A stretch of DNA of 64,000 nt, taken from NCBI GenBank assembly GCA_964597775.1, contig CAZQZJ010000002.1:357-64356 (forward strand), written 5' to 3'. Below, in pieces: positions 37,080 through 46,773 of this stretch (positions within the stretch are counted from its first letter, which is position 1; each line of letters starts with the position of its first letter). The DNA comes from an uncultured Methanosarcinales archaeon (GTDB lineage Archaea; Nanobdellota; Nanobdellia; Woesearchaeales; JAGWAF01). The notes beneath the pieces were generated by a model, which did no database searches, had not been told where the DNA came from, and saw only the letters and a list, made by a program, of their open reading frames with translations. The translations under genes and the position numbers were made by a program.

Positions 37080-40067
37080 TTAAGCAATTTTAACATATTG
37101 TTTGTTTACAAAAGCTGTGTCACTTCCATATCGTATTTGATACCAATCTCCAGATTCACCTACAATAGAAACTTGTGTATCACGGTTCAATGCGCCAATT
37201 CTATTGTTCCCTATCTTAGCTGAACTTCTCACATTCAGTCTACCACCTTGTGTTGTAACTACACCTAAATAAGGTGTCAAAACTGGAAGATTAATATGCT
37301 CTGTTTGGGATTGTGATGCCAATTCTTCCTTTTCAGCTTGTTTTGTGTTTGGAAACCATCTTCGTATTTGATATTCACCATTCCTAATGCCTTGGTTTAG
37401 TTTTGCAGTGCTGATAAGGTTGGTATATCTTCTGGGTACAATGGCAGGATCTGAGCCTGCAAATCTATCAACAAATCTTTTTCCATTAATCTCAATGACT
37501 CCCAAAACACCTTCTGTATGGCCATATCCTTGTTTATTAGGCTTTTTTAGTATGACATCTCCAGATTGAATATCCTCTGCATTTTTGATAAGTGGAAGAT
37601 CTCGGGATGACATCTTCCACAGAGAGCCTGTTGCAAAAGACGCATAAGTTCCTCTTAAATATTCTGTGAAATCCTCTTCAGAGTTTGGTGTCCAGGTAGG
37701 TTTGTATCCTGGAAGTGCTATCTTATCTCTTCCTCCTTTTTTTATCTCTGATTTTTGGAACTCAGTATAACATCTTATCTGAACATCTGAACAGGTTTCA
37801 CTTCCTGAAATAATAGTATAGGCATTATTATCAAATCCTCCGATATTGTATTGTGTTCCCTCTCCAGGGTTGTAAAGTGGGATATCAAACCTTCTTCCGC
37901 TTACAGTGTTTGAGAGTTCAGATGAATGTATTTGTAATGCTGTTTCATATGGTTGCGTTTTGACTCCTGGAACCCTGTGAAGACCAAGGTTTTCTATATA
38001 ATTTGCAAAGGCATTTGTTCCCTGTGGTGTTGTTATTCTTTCTCCGAAATATCCTACTACGTTCTGGCCTGCATCTAACATAAGCAGCTCTCCAGCATTG
38101 TTTATTTCATTCTCAAGAATTTCTAATTCACTTCTCAATCGTACAGCTGGGTGTTGCTGTTTCAAATTCCCAATTTGATTTTCTGTTATTCTTATTTGTT
38201 GGTCTAAATCTTCAACTTTTTTTCGAAAAGTGGTTTCTCTTTGTTGAATTTGACGATTGTTTTCTGATGTTTGAGTCAAGACACTTCTTGCTCTCTCTAA
38301 TTCCTTTTCTGCTTTTTCTTTTGATTTTTTAAGATCCTTTAATATACTGAGTTGTTGTTCATAATTTGTTAGATAAGAGGATAATTGACGGTCAGTAGAA
38401 GTCATATGTGAAATCTGGGCTCTTTTTTGTTGTACAAGCTCTGTTTTCTGTGCTATTTGAGAACGTAGTTCTGAGATTTTCTCAGCAGGAATTCTAGAGT
38501 CATAGAATATATTTGTATTATATTCATATTTTCTGGTTTTTCCATCATCTGTTTTGTAGTCAAGCATCATGTCTGTGCCAGCGTATGTTGGAAGAGTTCC
38601 AAATATCTTAGAAAGCAAAGATGGGGTTTTGAAAGGAGTGAGCAGAATCTCTTTACCATTGGTCACAGTTTCCCAATTACCATTTTTTATCCTCAATCTA
38701 CCTTCTGCTGTAGCATGTATTGTTTGGGGTGTTCCTTCTTCTGACCCAGGTTCAAGTATGACTTTTCCTCCTTCAAGATTAATAGATAATCTTGTAGGAA
38801 TGTTTTCTTCAGGACGATCAGGTGATAATTGGTGCATATCTTTAAATCCAGAAAATACTAAATTTCTTTGTTTAAGTTCTGATGTAAAACCTGTTCCAGA
38901 GGCGATAACAATGTCAGAACCCTGCATGAAATAGTTTGCATGTACAGGTAGGTGTTGTTGTGAGATAAATGAGTGGTATATTTCATTCCTTTCTGATCTA
39001 TATCTTCTCTGAATTTCTGCAATCTTATCACGAAGGAAAAACTCATTATCCCTTAACCTTGAAGCTTTCTCCAACAAATCTCTCGCTTCTATTTTAAGAT
39101 CTGATTCCTTAGCTGGATTAAGCTCTCTTTCCATTTCCTGTTCTTTCTCTTTAGCTTGTGTTATCATTTGTGAAGCTTGTTCTCTATTTTTTTTTGCCTT
39201 TGTGTACTGGAGTAACAGCGGTTCTAATATTTCTTTTTCTCTTTGCACAGAAGCCATTATCTGATTATTAGAGATATATCTAATATAAAGTGGATTATCT
39301 GTTGTTGTGTGATGCCAATAACTTACCAATGCATCAGAGTATGGGTCAAGTAGTGTGGGAATTCCTTGTGTAAATCGAATTGATCCCTTGTTGAGGATAT
39401 CTCCTTTTGGAAGATTTATCCTCTCCCCTTTGATAGTGATATCTCTATCAATCTTTGAAATTGTTGTGTCGCTGACAAGTAAGACATTTTCTGTTCTATC
39501 ATAATGAGCTTCTGTTGGTTTATCAAAAGTCACTCCATTGATGGAAGTAAATATTCCATAGATTTTCCCATTCTCAAAAGATAATTCTGTTCCACGTATC
39601 AGAACTCCGTCAATTGATGTTTCTTTATTTTCATCTGCAAAAAGTTCAAATCCAGAACTAGTAGATATCAATTCTCCAGAAAACGAATGGGGATTGTTAT
39701 TATTATCTATAATGTGGAGGTGTCCTGATTCGTCTATTTTAAAAGAAAAGAGGTGTTTTGTATCATAGATGTTAATACGATATTTATCTGATGTGATCCA
39801 TCCCCGTGTATCGAATCTAAAGTCAAACTGTGCATTGCCTGATTGGGATATTTTGACACCTTCTTCGTTAAGCATCTTGATAAATATGTCATTATGTTCA
39901 TTCATATGTTGTGGGTCTTTTGCAAAGAATTTCTTTAAAGCTTCTCTATGATTTTCATTGGTATAATCAATTTCATTCAGATTAAGCTCGATAGATTCTT
40001 CTTGTGCCTGGACTATTCTAAGGAGGAGGATAATCACTAAAATTGTGACAAAGCTACCTTGTTTCAT
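37080..40067 (-). CDS. Large secreted protein: signal peptide, two coiled-coil regions, NlpC/P60-like papain-fold domain, C-terminal SH3b domain
   Basis: SH3b signature (RLNVRSSAKIGNNRIGALNRDTQVSIVGESGDWYQIRYGSDTAFV); Cys...GDVIL...GHTEGVLGV pattern. Confidence 0.6.
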   Translation of the reverse strand: MKQGSFVTILVIILLLRIVQAQEESIELNLNEIDYTNENHREALKKFFAKDPQHMNEHNDIFIKMLNEEGVKISQSGNAQFDFRFDTRGWITSDKYRINIYDTKHLFSFKIDESGHLHIIDNNNNPHSFSGELISTSSGFELFADENKETSIDGVLIRGTELSFENGKIYGIFTSINGVTFDKPTEAHYDRTENVLLVSDTTISKIDRDITIKGERINLPKGDILNKGSIRFTQGIPTLLDPYSDALVSYWHHTTTDNPLYIRYISNNQIMASVQREKEILEPLLLQYTKAKKNREQASQMITQAKEKEQEMERELNPAKESDLKIEARDLLEKASRLRDNEFFLRDKIAEIQRRYRSERNEIYHSFISQQHLPVHANYFMQGSDIVIASGTGFTSELKQRNLVFSGFKDMHQLSPDRPEENIPTRLSINLEGGKVILEPGSEEGTPQTIHATAEGRLRIKNGNWETVTNGKEILLTPFKTPSLLSKIFGTLPTYAGTDMMLDYKTDDGKTRKYEYNTNIFYDSRIPAEKISELRSQIAQKTELVQQKRAQISHMTSTDRQLSSYLTNYEQQLSILKDLKKSKEKAEKELERARSVLTQTSENNRQIQQRETTFRKKVEDLDQQIRITENQIGNLKQQHPAVRLRSELEILENEINNAGELLMLDAGQNVVGYFGERITTPQGTNAFANYIENLGLHRVPGVKTQPYETALQIHSSELSNTVSGRRFDIPLYNPGEGTQYNIGGFDNNAYTIISGSETCSDVQIRCYTEFQKSEIKKGGRDKIALPGYKPTWTPNSEEDFTEYLRGTYASFATGSLWKMSSRDLPLIKNAEDIQSGDVILKKPNKQGYGHTEGVLGVIEINGKRFVDRFAGSDPAIVPRRYTNLISTAKLNQGIRNGEYQIRRWFPNTKQAEKEELASQSQTEHINLPVLTPYLGVVTTQGGRLNVRSSAKIGNNRIGALNRDTQVSIVGESGDWYQIRYGSDTAFVNKQYVKIA

Positions 40068-40609
40068 ATATTGCCAACCTCTTCTGGTATTGCTATGGCA
40101 AATCTTAAGGAGTTATTGTATGTAGTACTGAGATCCTGGATTGAGATAAGGTAATAGTAACTTCCTTCGTCTGAGAGATAAGGTGTTGTGGTAATCCTGG
40201 TAAGATTGTCTGCAAGATCGTCAAGACAGCTTAGGCAGAGATAACCAGGCATTGTGTCATATTTGTCTACGATTTTTGATGCTATTGATAGGAACTTTTG
40301 TAAGTGAGATCTTATTCTAATGTCAAAAGACGAGATTCGCTCTTCTTTTCCTTGGCTCTTGATTGAGATGGGATATGAGAGCATAATAATGACATCAGGG
40401 TCTGTTATCATAACCTCTGCTGCAGGTTTGCCTACATTTGCAATAAGGTATTTATCTGGAAATGTCTCTTGTACAGCATCTACACATCGTGGAACTGTAT
40501 TAATAATACCACGTCGTATCTCATCTGCTATAAGGTCTATGCTTGGTAGAAATGCTCTATTTCTCCAATAAACAGGTAAGGTTAGGGTGGACAGTTCAAG
40601 GCCATCCAT
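40064..40609 (-). CDS. Hypothetical protein, co-operonic with large secreted protein (ATGA overlap)
   Basis: 181-aa ORF, no motif recognised. Confidence 0.35.
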   Translation of the reverse strand: MDGLELSTLTLPVYWRNRAFLPSIDLIADEIRRGIINTVPRCVDAVQETFPDKYLIANVGKPAAEVMITDPDVIIMLSYPISIKSQGKEERISSFDIRIRSHLQKFLSIASKIVDKYDTMPGYLCLSCLDDLADNLTRITTTPYLSDEGSYYYLISIQDLSTTYNNSLRFAIAIPEEVGNI

Positions 40610-40633
40610 AGGGATTCCATCATAAAATCCTCC

Positions 40634-40831
40634 TTACCATCCAACAAAAGCAATTGTTTCAGATGCTGCATATTCAAAGCATGTATCAAGGAATGTGTAA
40701 ACTTCAGTGGATGTGTCAGGATCTGTGTTCAGAATCTTTCTTGTTATAGGAGATTCTGTATAAAAAATAAGCATCAAAATAATGATAAAGCATGTTCCAA
40801 AGATAAGATAGATAGAAATCTGCCCTTTCAT
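40634..40831 (-). CDS. Small membrane protein, hypothetical
   Basis: 65 aa with N-terminal TM; first ORF of the minus-strand gene string. Confidence 0.3.
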   Translation of the reverse strand: MKGQISIYLIFGTCFIIILMLIFYTESPITRKILNTDPDTSTEVYTFLDTCFEYAASETIAFVGW

Positions 40832-40963
40832 ATTTAAAATTGTAGTTTCAGGAAGTTTTAAATGTTGTCAAAACAACACACACAACTTCTAACAATTAAA
40901 TATAACTACTATCAAGTTACAAAATAAGCAACATTTAAAAGGCAAGACATATTTGTATGATAA

Positions 40964-41803
40964 ATGTTTCCCAAAAAGTCACCTTGCTCAAAGATGTTGC
41001 AGTATTTATTGTTTGCTGTAGCATCACTTTCAGGTTGTTCACAAGGAAATGTTGGAGAGGTGTACAGGGTAAAGGAGTTCTATCATAATGATAGGCAGTA
41101 TGTGGTGCATATTCCTAATAAGGGGTTTGAAGAGAAAGATGTATTGATCTGGTCTCTTTTTGGAAGAGAGCGCATAACAACAAGCCAGCATGTGGATAAA
41201 AGAAAGACCACGTACACAGGAAGGCGTGATCCGTATAACACAGAAAGAGAGGAAAATGAAGATAGATACAATCTTCCGAATCCAGTTGTCCATATTGAAT
41301 TATTTGATGATAATCATAATCAAATTCCTGAAAAAATGATCTATAGAAACCCATACCCTTTTGTATTGAATTGGGGATCTGAGGATAATACAGTAGGTTA
41401 TGTATGCATCAAAGGAAGGGTTGTTGAGGGTAGTAACAATCATCAAGATATTGATCCAAGCAAGGCATTTGTTCTCAATCACAAAACAGATCAATCCTTT
41501 TCAGTTGTATGTAGTGATACTAGCGCATTTGGTTTGGCTCAAATCATGACGACATGTTATGGCTTTACAGGCACAAATCTTTTTCCTGGAATAAAGATAT
41601 CTACTCCAGAGGAAGGTTCAGACATTCCTAAATTTGAGGATGGGTCATCCTTGCGTGACAGGGCAAAGAGTGGCTTTGAAAGATCTTATCCTAATCAGGA
41701 AGCAAAAATGCGTGTTTTAGAGGATACTGTTAATTTGATGGCACGTCAGGGATGCAAGACCCTTAATTATATTGGTGGAGTAGAAACAGCAGTAAAAGAC
41801 TGA
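40964..41803 (+). CDS. Lipoprotein, hypothetical
   Basis: Signal peptide with SLSGC lipobox-like site. Confidence 0.45.
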   Translation: MFPKKSPCSKMLQYLLFAVASLSGCSQGNVGEVYRVKEFYHNDRQYVVHIPNKGFEEKDVLIWSLFGRERITTSQHVDKRKTTYTGRRDPYNTEREENEDRYNLPNPVVHIELFDDNHNQIPEKMIYRNPYPFVLNWGSEDNTVGYVCIKGRVVEGSNNHQDIDPSKAFVLNHKTDQSFSVVCSDTSAFGLAQIMTTCYGFTGTNLFPGIKISTPEEGSDIPKFEDGSSLRDRAKSGFERSYPNQEAKMRVLEDTVNLMARQGCKTLNYIGGVETAVKD

Positions 41804-41807
41804 TAAC

Positions 41808-43166
41808 ATGAAACAAATATTCTATGCATTGATTCTTGCTGTTGCAGGATGTGGTATTCAGGATAGATTGGTTGATAAGAAAGAGTATAGAAAACCTGTT
41901 ATTAAAGACAGTATAATATATTCCATTGATAAAAATAGTGATAGATCATTCACTCCTCTTGAAATCAGGATTATTGCAGCTAGCAAAAATAAAACAAAAT
42001 TGTTAAAACCCCCTATTCTTTCACAGATTACAGATCCTGTGACAATGTATGCTGTTCTCAGAGCAAGAACTGGTTCAGGGGAATTGATTATCGCTGATAA
42101 TGATATATTTTCTCTGATGGCACAGGAAGGTGGTGTCTCAGCTAATGATGAAAATCTTCCATGGGATTCAATGCTTGAAGAATGTCTTACATGGTACAAA
42201 GTAGAACCAAGATCATACAATTTTAGTAATACTGGTTCAAGTAGAGAATTCAAGGGTTTTGTGAACATGCCTTTTACAGAAACCATCTGTCGTTCAAGAG
42301 CATCTGAATACCAGGCAGATTCAAATCCTACAAACATCTATCTTTCTGTTATTCCCTCTCTTGTGCCAAGAGAGATCCAACAAGGATTTGGAACAATGAG
42401 GTATAAGGTAGAATTTAATGATGGGAGGAGATGTGTCAAGACAGCTGGTGCAGATGATATGCATCCAACAACGGGTTATGATAATGTTTTCAGAATATCA
42501 AGTGCAATAACAAATATGCATCCTTTGATAAACGCAGCAACATTATGGGGAAATGTGCCTTATTGTTACGGTTCTGCAAGTCCTGTTCATGATGTTAAAC
42601 ACGGAAAAGATGAAAAACTCTGTAAAGAATGTAGCAATCATCAGAGTGAGAATTTTTATTCTGCAGACTGTGCAGATATGGTTAGCGCTGCATTGCGAAA
42701 AAGAGGAATAAAAATTGGATATGATGGAACAGGGTTCTTTGATCCGGCAAGAGGCAACACCTTCCTTATTGCATCAATTCGTCAACAGAGGATAACAGGG
42801 GAGTATCTTGATGTAAACAACCGAATTATTAGATTTGGGCAGGAGGGGGTAAGAGAAGGTGATCTTGTGTTGTGGGATAAGCATATTGGTATCCTTGCAC
42901 TTGACAGCAGTCATATACAGGTTCTTCCTGAGAAAAATAATTTAGAGAGAGATGGTTTATACAACTTTTTTAGTCAATATATCTTAGATTATTTCCTATC
43001 AAGAAAGCAGAAGGTGGCTAAGATTAATAGGCCACTTCCAAATAATGTGCTTGATACGTCAGATATTGTTTATCATCATTTAGCAAAAAATCCATGTTTT
43101 GAATATCTAGGTTCTGCATTCTCTAATATATTTAGGGTTGTAAGAATAAAAGAAAGACGTATATGA
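41808..43166 (+). CDS. Lipoprotein with C-terminal NlpC/P60-like cysteine peptidase domain
   Basis: LAVAGC lipobox; SADCADMVSAAL (Cys nucleophile context) and GDLVLWDKHIGILALDSSHIQV (His motifs) in NlpC/P60 order. Confidence 0.5.
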   Translation: MKQIFYALILAVAGCGIQDRLVDKKEYRKPVIKDSIIYSIDKNSDRSFTPLEIRIIAASKNKTKLLKPPILSQITDPVTMYAVLRARTGSGELIIADNDIFSLMAQEGGVSANDENLPWDSMLEECLTWYKVEPRSYNFSNTGSSREFKGFVNMPFTETICRSRASEYQADSNPTNIYLSVIPSLVPREIQQGFGTMRYKVEFNDGRRCVKTAGADDMHPTTGYDNVFRISSAITNMHPLINAATLWGNVPYCYGSASPVHDVKHGKDEKLCKECSNHQSENFYSADCADMVSAALRKRGIKIGYDGTGFFDPARGNTFLIASIRQQRITGEYLDVNNRIIRFGQEGVREGDLVLWDKHIGILALDSSHIQVLPEKNNLERDGLYNFFSQYILDYFLSRKQKVAKINRPLPNNVLDTSDIVYHHLAKNPCFEYLGSAFSNIFRVVRIKERRI

Positions 43167-43430
43167 TCTTTGAATCAACGATAAGTATGTGATAAATATG
43201 TGGTCCTAATATAGTTTAATATTTCAATTACCTTTCCAGGATTTCCTCTTCCAACAGGGAAATAACAAGGAATTACAAGGTATTCCATCCCAAAAATAGG
43301 TTTGCGTTAAAAATATCTTCCAAATCTCTTTTGTTCCAACAAATGGGAATCTTACTCAGTTATATTCTAGAGATGAGGTGGTTAAATCACTCATTAAACC
43401 CTCTAAGTGTAACTTATTCAATAGGTTTAG

Positions 43431-43514
43431 TGCAAGGAGCAGGATTCGAACCTGCGAACGCACTAAGCGAACAGCTCTTGAGGCTGCCCCGTTTGACCAC
43501 TCCGGAATCCTTGC
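43431..43514 (-). tRNA. tRNA-Leu (anticodon CAA), class II with long variable arm
   Basis: Hand-folded: acceptor GCAAGGA/UCCUUGC, anticodon loop CUCAAGA, 15-nt variable arm, T-arm GCAGGUUCGAAUCCUGC; CCA not encoded. Confidence 0.85.
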
Positions 43515-43520
43515 ATGGTT

Positions 43521-43621
43521 TCTCAAATGGGTTCATACCCCATATGCTCTGCATAGGATATATTTACCCATTTGAGATTAAAAAATACCCCTGGGCTCTG
43601 CCCAGGTTGGGATTTTTTATT
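43521..43621. repeat. Intergenic module X, copy 2, immediately upstream of tRNA-Leu; contains the probable tRNA promoter TATA
   Basis: ~90% identity to 26282-26380 including the A6-hairpin-T6 structure. Confidence 0.6.
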
Positions 43622-43732
43622 TCTGGTGTTGAAGTATGGATATGGATTTATAAAACTAGAGATTGTGTGTGTAAAAATACACTCATAAAAAACAGCATCG
43701 TTACAGTTAGAATAGTGCTATTTAAATAATGT

Positions 43733-44101
43733 TTACTCTAATCCTTTGAGTTCAGCCTCAATCTTTGCAAGTTCTGTTTCAAGCACTGTGACTTTATCAG
43801 GTTCTGTTTTTTGTTGTGCAGTTGCTCTTCGATCTTCAATGATTTTTTTTACCTGTGTTGCAGGAGCTGCTTTAAGTGGGGCTTTTGGCATAGCATTTTT
43901 AAGGCGTTTGTTAAGAACAATGATCTCTTCTGCTATGCGTTTGTATTCATTAGTAAGTTCATGTTTTTCTTGGCGTAGTAATCCAATCTGGTCATATGAT
44001 TTAAGTGATCCAATAATCTCTTTGATTGAGAGAAGAATTTCTCTTCTAATAAGTGATGGATTAGGTACACCTACATAGAGTGGGTTTTGTTCCTGTGCCA
44101 T
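43733..44101 (-). CDS. Small coiled-coil protein, member of a tandem paralog trio
   Basis: N-terminal LYVGVPNPSLIRREILLSIKEI block similar to the N-terminal/C-terminal blocks of the next two genes. Confidence 0.35.
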   Translation of the reverse strand: MAQEQNPLYVGVPNPSLIRREILLSIKEIIGSLKSYDQIGLLRQEKHELTNEYKRIAEEIIVLNKRLKNAMPKAPLKAAPATQVKKIIEDRRATAQQKTEPDKVTVLETELAKIEAELKGLE

Positions 44102-44322
44102 TATTCTTCAAAGAGTTTTTTGTCAATAAGTTTGATTCTCTCTTCTACAGCTTCAAGATCTCTTTTCCATGATGCAACAGCAGCATCTTCCTGGTTTTTG
44201 AGGTCGTTGATACGTTCTAAAATCTGGTGTGCTCGTTTAATTTTGTCTTTGGTAAGATTAAGGATGTCAACAATATCTGTGCAATCCTCAATTTTCACAA
44301 AAACAGGCATTGCTTTATCCAT
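44101..44322 (-). CDS. Small coiled-coil protein, paralog (start at MDKAMPVFVKIED)
   Basis: VFVKIEDCTDIVDILNLTKDKIKR block; the longer ORF overlaps the upstream gene. Confidence 0.35.
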   Translation of the reverse strand: MDKAMPVFVKIEDCTDIVDILNLTKDKIKRAHQILERINDLKNQEDAAVASWKRDLEAVEERIKLIDKKLFEE

Positions 44323-44326
44323 AGAT

Positions 44327-44851
44327 TCACTCTCCGCTAAATATAACTGTGTCGATGTAATTGAGTTTTTTTTCCATGTCTGATAATTGGATTTTCCAAT
44401 CTGAAAAAATACGATCTTGTGCTGTTTTAATTTCTCCAAGTCTGATAATGGTGTTTTCGCTATCAGCTAGTGTAGTGCGCATAGCTTGAATACTGCTAAG
44501 AATAAGGTTATAGTCATGAGCACTGACAAAGACAGGTGTTGTGACTGGTGGGCGTGGTACAAGTTCTTCTTGAACCTGGATTGTTCTATCAGCCACATGT
44601 TTAGATGTTTCAATTGGTTGTTCTCGGAGTGTTGGCGTGCTTGGTGATGGTGTTTGAAGATCTGCAGCAGTGATTGTTGGGATTTCTGGTTGTTGTTCTA
44701 AAGATGCTGGTATCTTGAGTTCAGAAGAGATCTCCTCAAACCTAAGTGGTGGTGGAGGAGGTGGTAGTTCTGATGCAGACTTTTCCTTCTTGAATAAGTT
44801 TAATATTCCCACAACATCACCCCAAATGTAGTATATCTTCAGCAAGAACAC
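44327..44851 (-). CDS. Pro-rich linker protein with C-terminal paralog domain (start uncertain)
   Basis: PPPPPP linker, then VFVSAHDYNLILSSIQAMR block homologous to neighbours. Confidence 0.35.
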   Translation of the reverse strand: MFLLKIYYIWGDVVGILNLFKKEKSASELPPPPPPLRFEEISSELKIPASLEQQPEIPTITAADLQTPSPSTPTLREQPIETSKHVADRTIQVQEELVPRPPVTTPVFVSAHDYNLILSSIQAMRTTLADSENTIIRLGEIKTAQDRIFSDWKIQLSDMEKKLNYIDTVIFSGE

Positions 44852-44939
44852 CTTTTAAATCTTATTTACCACTAAAAAAGGGTCACAAAAGATCATAAGA
44901 TTCAGATACCTTTAAAATAAGCTACCACCAATCAATGTT

Positions 44940-45494
44940 ATGGCTCTGATAACACGTTCTATTATTGAGATGCTAGGAAAACCTAAAGAGCATATAGAAG
45001 AGACACTGCACAATTATGTAAATAAGCTCAAGCAAGAAAAGCTCAAGATCTTGCATGAGGAATATGCTGATGCAAAAGAACAAGGTCTTTTTTTCTCTGT
45101 TTTTGTAGAACTAGAAATCGAATTTGATTCGATAACTGACTTAATCAATTTTTGTATAGACTCATTGCCCTCATCTGTTGAAATAATCGAACCAGAGTCA
45201 GTTACTATTGAAGCTGCAAATCTCACAGCTGCACTTACAGATTTACAAGGGCATTTGCATGAACTTGATATGGTTATCAAGGAATTGCATGCAAAGACAG
45301 ATTTAATTGATAGAAATGCAGTGGCTTTGTTCCGTAATATCATTGTACATCTTCTGCACCAAAAACCTTATTCAAAAGAAGAGCTTTCAGCGATCTTAGG
45401 CATTAAAGCAAACGAATTGGAGCCATTTCTTGATAGAATGGTTGAAATGAATCTTATTATCCCTAAAGATAATCTTTATACATCTGTTAGTTAA
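44940..45494 (+). CDS. Hypothetical protein with C-terminal winged-helix-like region (possible kleisin/ScpA-like partner; speculative)
   Basis: Immediately upstream of scpB; TATA CCTTTAAAATA ~25 nt upstream. Confidence 0.35.
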   Translation: MALITRSIIEMLGKPKEHIEETLHNYVNKLKQEKLKILHEEYADAKEQGLFFSVFVELEIEFDSITDLINFCIDSLPSSVEIIEPESVTIEAANLTAALTDLQGHLHELDMVIKELHAKTDLIDRNAVALFRNIIVHLLHQKPYSKEELSAILGIKANELEPFLDRMVEMNLIIPKDNLYTSVS

Positions 45495-45541
45495 AGAAAC
45501 AATTACAGAAACAATGTATTTAATATAACCTTATGTTTTAA

Positions 45542-46684
45542 ATGGTAATTATGATAGATAATGAACTCAAAAAAAAAGTAGAATCCATACTATTCACATC
45601 AGGTAAAAAACTTAGATTAGATGACATTGCCAAGCTTCTTGGCATGCGCGAACATGAACATCTTCTGATTATTCTCAAAGAATTACAAGGAGAATATGAA
45701 TCTGGAGATCATGCCTTTACTTTATTACAAGATGGTGAATCTTGGAAATTAAGTGTTCGTGATAGGTATGCGCCAGTTGTTTCCAAAATGATGATACAAA
45801 CAGAGCTTACAAAAACAGTGATGGAGACCCTTGCTGTGATTGCATACAAAGCACCAATGTTGCAGTCAGATCTTATTAAGATTCGAACAAATAAGGCTTA
45901 TGATCATCTTCTAGAGCTTGAAAAGTTTGGTTATATTATTCGAAAGAAGAAAGGCAGGACAAAAGAGATAGGTCTTGCAGGAAAATTCTTTGAGTATTTT
46001 GATGTGCCTGCAGAACGTCTCAAAGAAAGATTTCGTTCTGTCGAGGAACTTGAAACTGCTGTCAAGCAACAAGAGATTAAAGCAGCACAAATTCGAAAAG
46101 AGATTGCATCAACACTCTCACAAACAAGGATAAATGAAGAAGAGCACAAACAAGCAGTGCAACAAGAGATACAACTAATTGAAGATCATATAGAAAATAT
46201 TCCTGTTATAGAACTTATTGATAATAAAGGGCATGTGCATCCTCTTGTTATAGTTGATGAGGTTGAATCATACAAACAAGAACCTCTTGGAACAACTCAA
46301 TTAAAGATTTTTAAAGAAGAGCTTGCAGGTCTTGAAGTTGTCCAAACTACAACAAAGCCTGAACAAGGAGAGCCACAATTTTTAGGTGAGATGCAAGTGT
46401 ATGAGAGAAAAGTAAGAAAGAAGAAAACTGTTAAACAAGATCAAGAAGCCAAAACAATTTCTCCAGAATTTGAAGAGTCTATAGAATCTACTACAGAAAG
46501 TACACATCCCTCAATAACTCAGGAAGCACCTCTTTTGTTTGGTGAGAAACCATCAAAAGAGATTGCGCAGATTATTGAGCGTCGTGCGAATGAACTAATG
46601 ACAAAGGTAGAATCTTTTGAAGAAGAAGCAATCAATGAAAAGAGAGTGGATAAAGGCATATCAGATAAATCAGCAGGGGAATAA
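45542..46684 (+). CDS. scpB: ScpB-like segregation/condensation protein with ~200-aa acidic C-terminal extension
   Basis: Tandem winged helices: ESILFTSGKKLRLDDIAKLLG... and METLAVIAYKAPMLQSDLIKIRTNKAYDHLLELEKFGYI. Confidence 0.65.
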   Translation: MVIMIDNELKKKVESILFTSGKKLRLDDIAKLLGMREHEHLLIILKELQGEYESGDHAFTLLQDGESWKLSVRDRYAPVVSKMMIQTELTKTVMETLAVIAYKAPMLQSDLIKIRTNKAYDHLLELEKFGYIIRKKKGRTKEIGLAGKFFEYFDVPAERLKERFRSVEELETAVKQQEIKAAQIRKEIASTLSQTRINEEEHKQAVQQEIQLIEDHIENIPVIELIDNKGHVHPLVIVDEVESYKQEPLGTTQLKIFKEELAGLEVVQTTTKPEQGEPQFLGEMQVYERKVRKKKTVKQDQEAKTISPEFEESIESTTESTHPSITQEAPLLFGEKPSKEIAQIIERRANELMTKVESFEEEAINEKRVDKGISDKSAGE

Positions 46685-46773
46685 ACATGCGCTTGTTTGT
46701 GTTGTTTTATCGTCTATAAGATCAACCCACAATCCTTATAAAGCATCTGCCTTTGTAGTCTATCGCGAATCTC

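Noticed and set aside
43431-43621. tRNA-Leu plus repeat X as an integrative-element attachment site
   Set aside because: Repeat copies do not include any tRNA body sequence and lie at the tRNA 5' flank; no integrase gene nearby.
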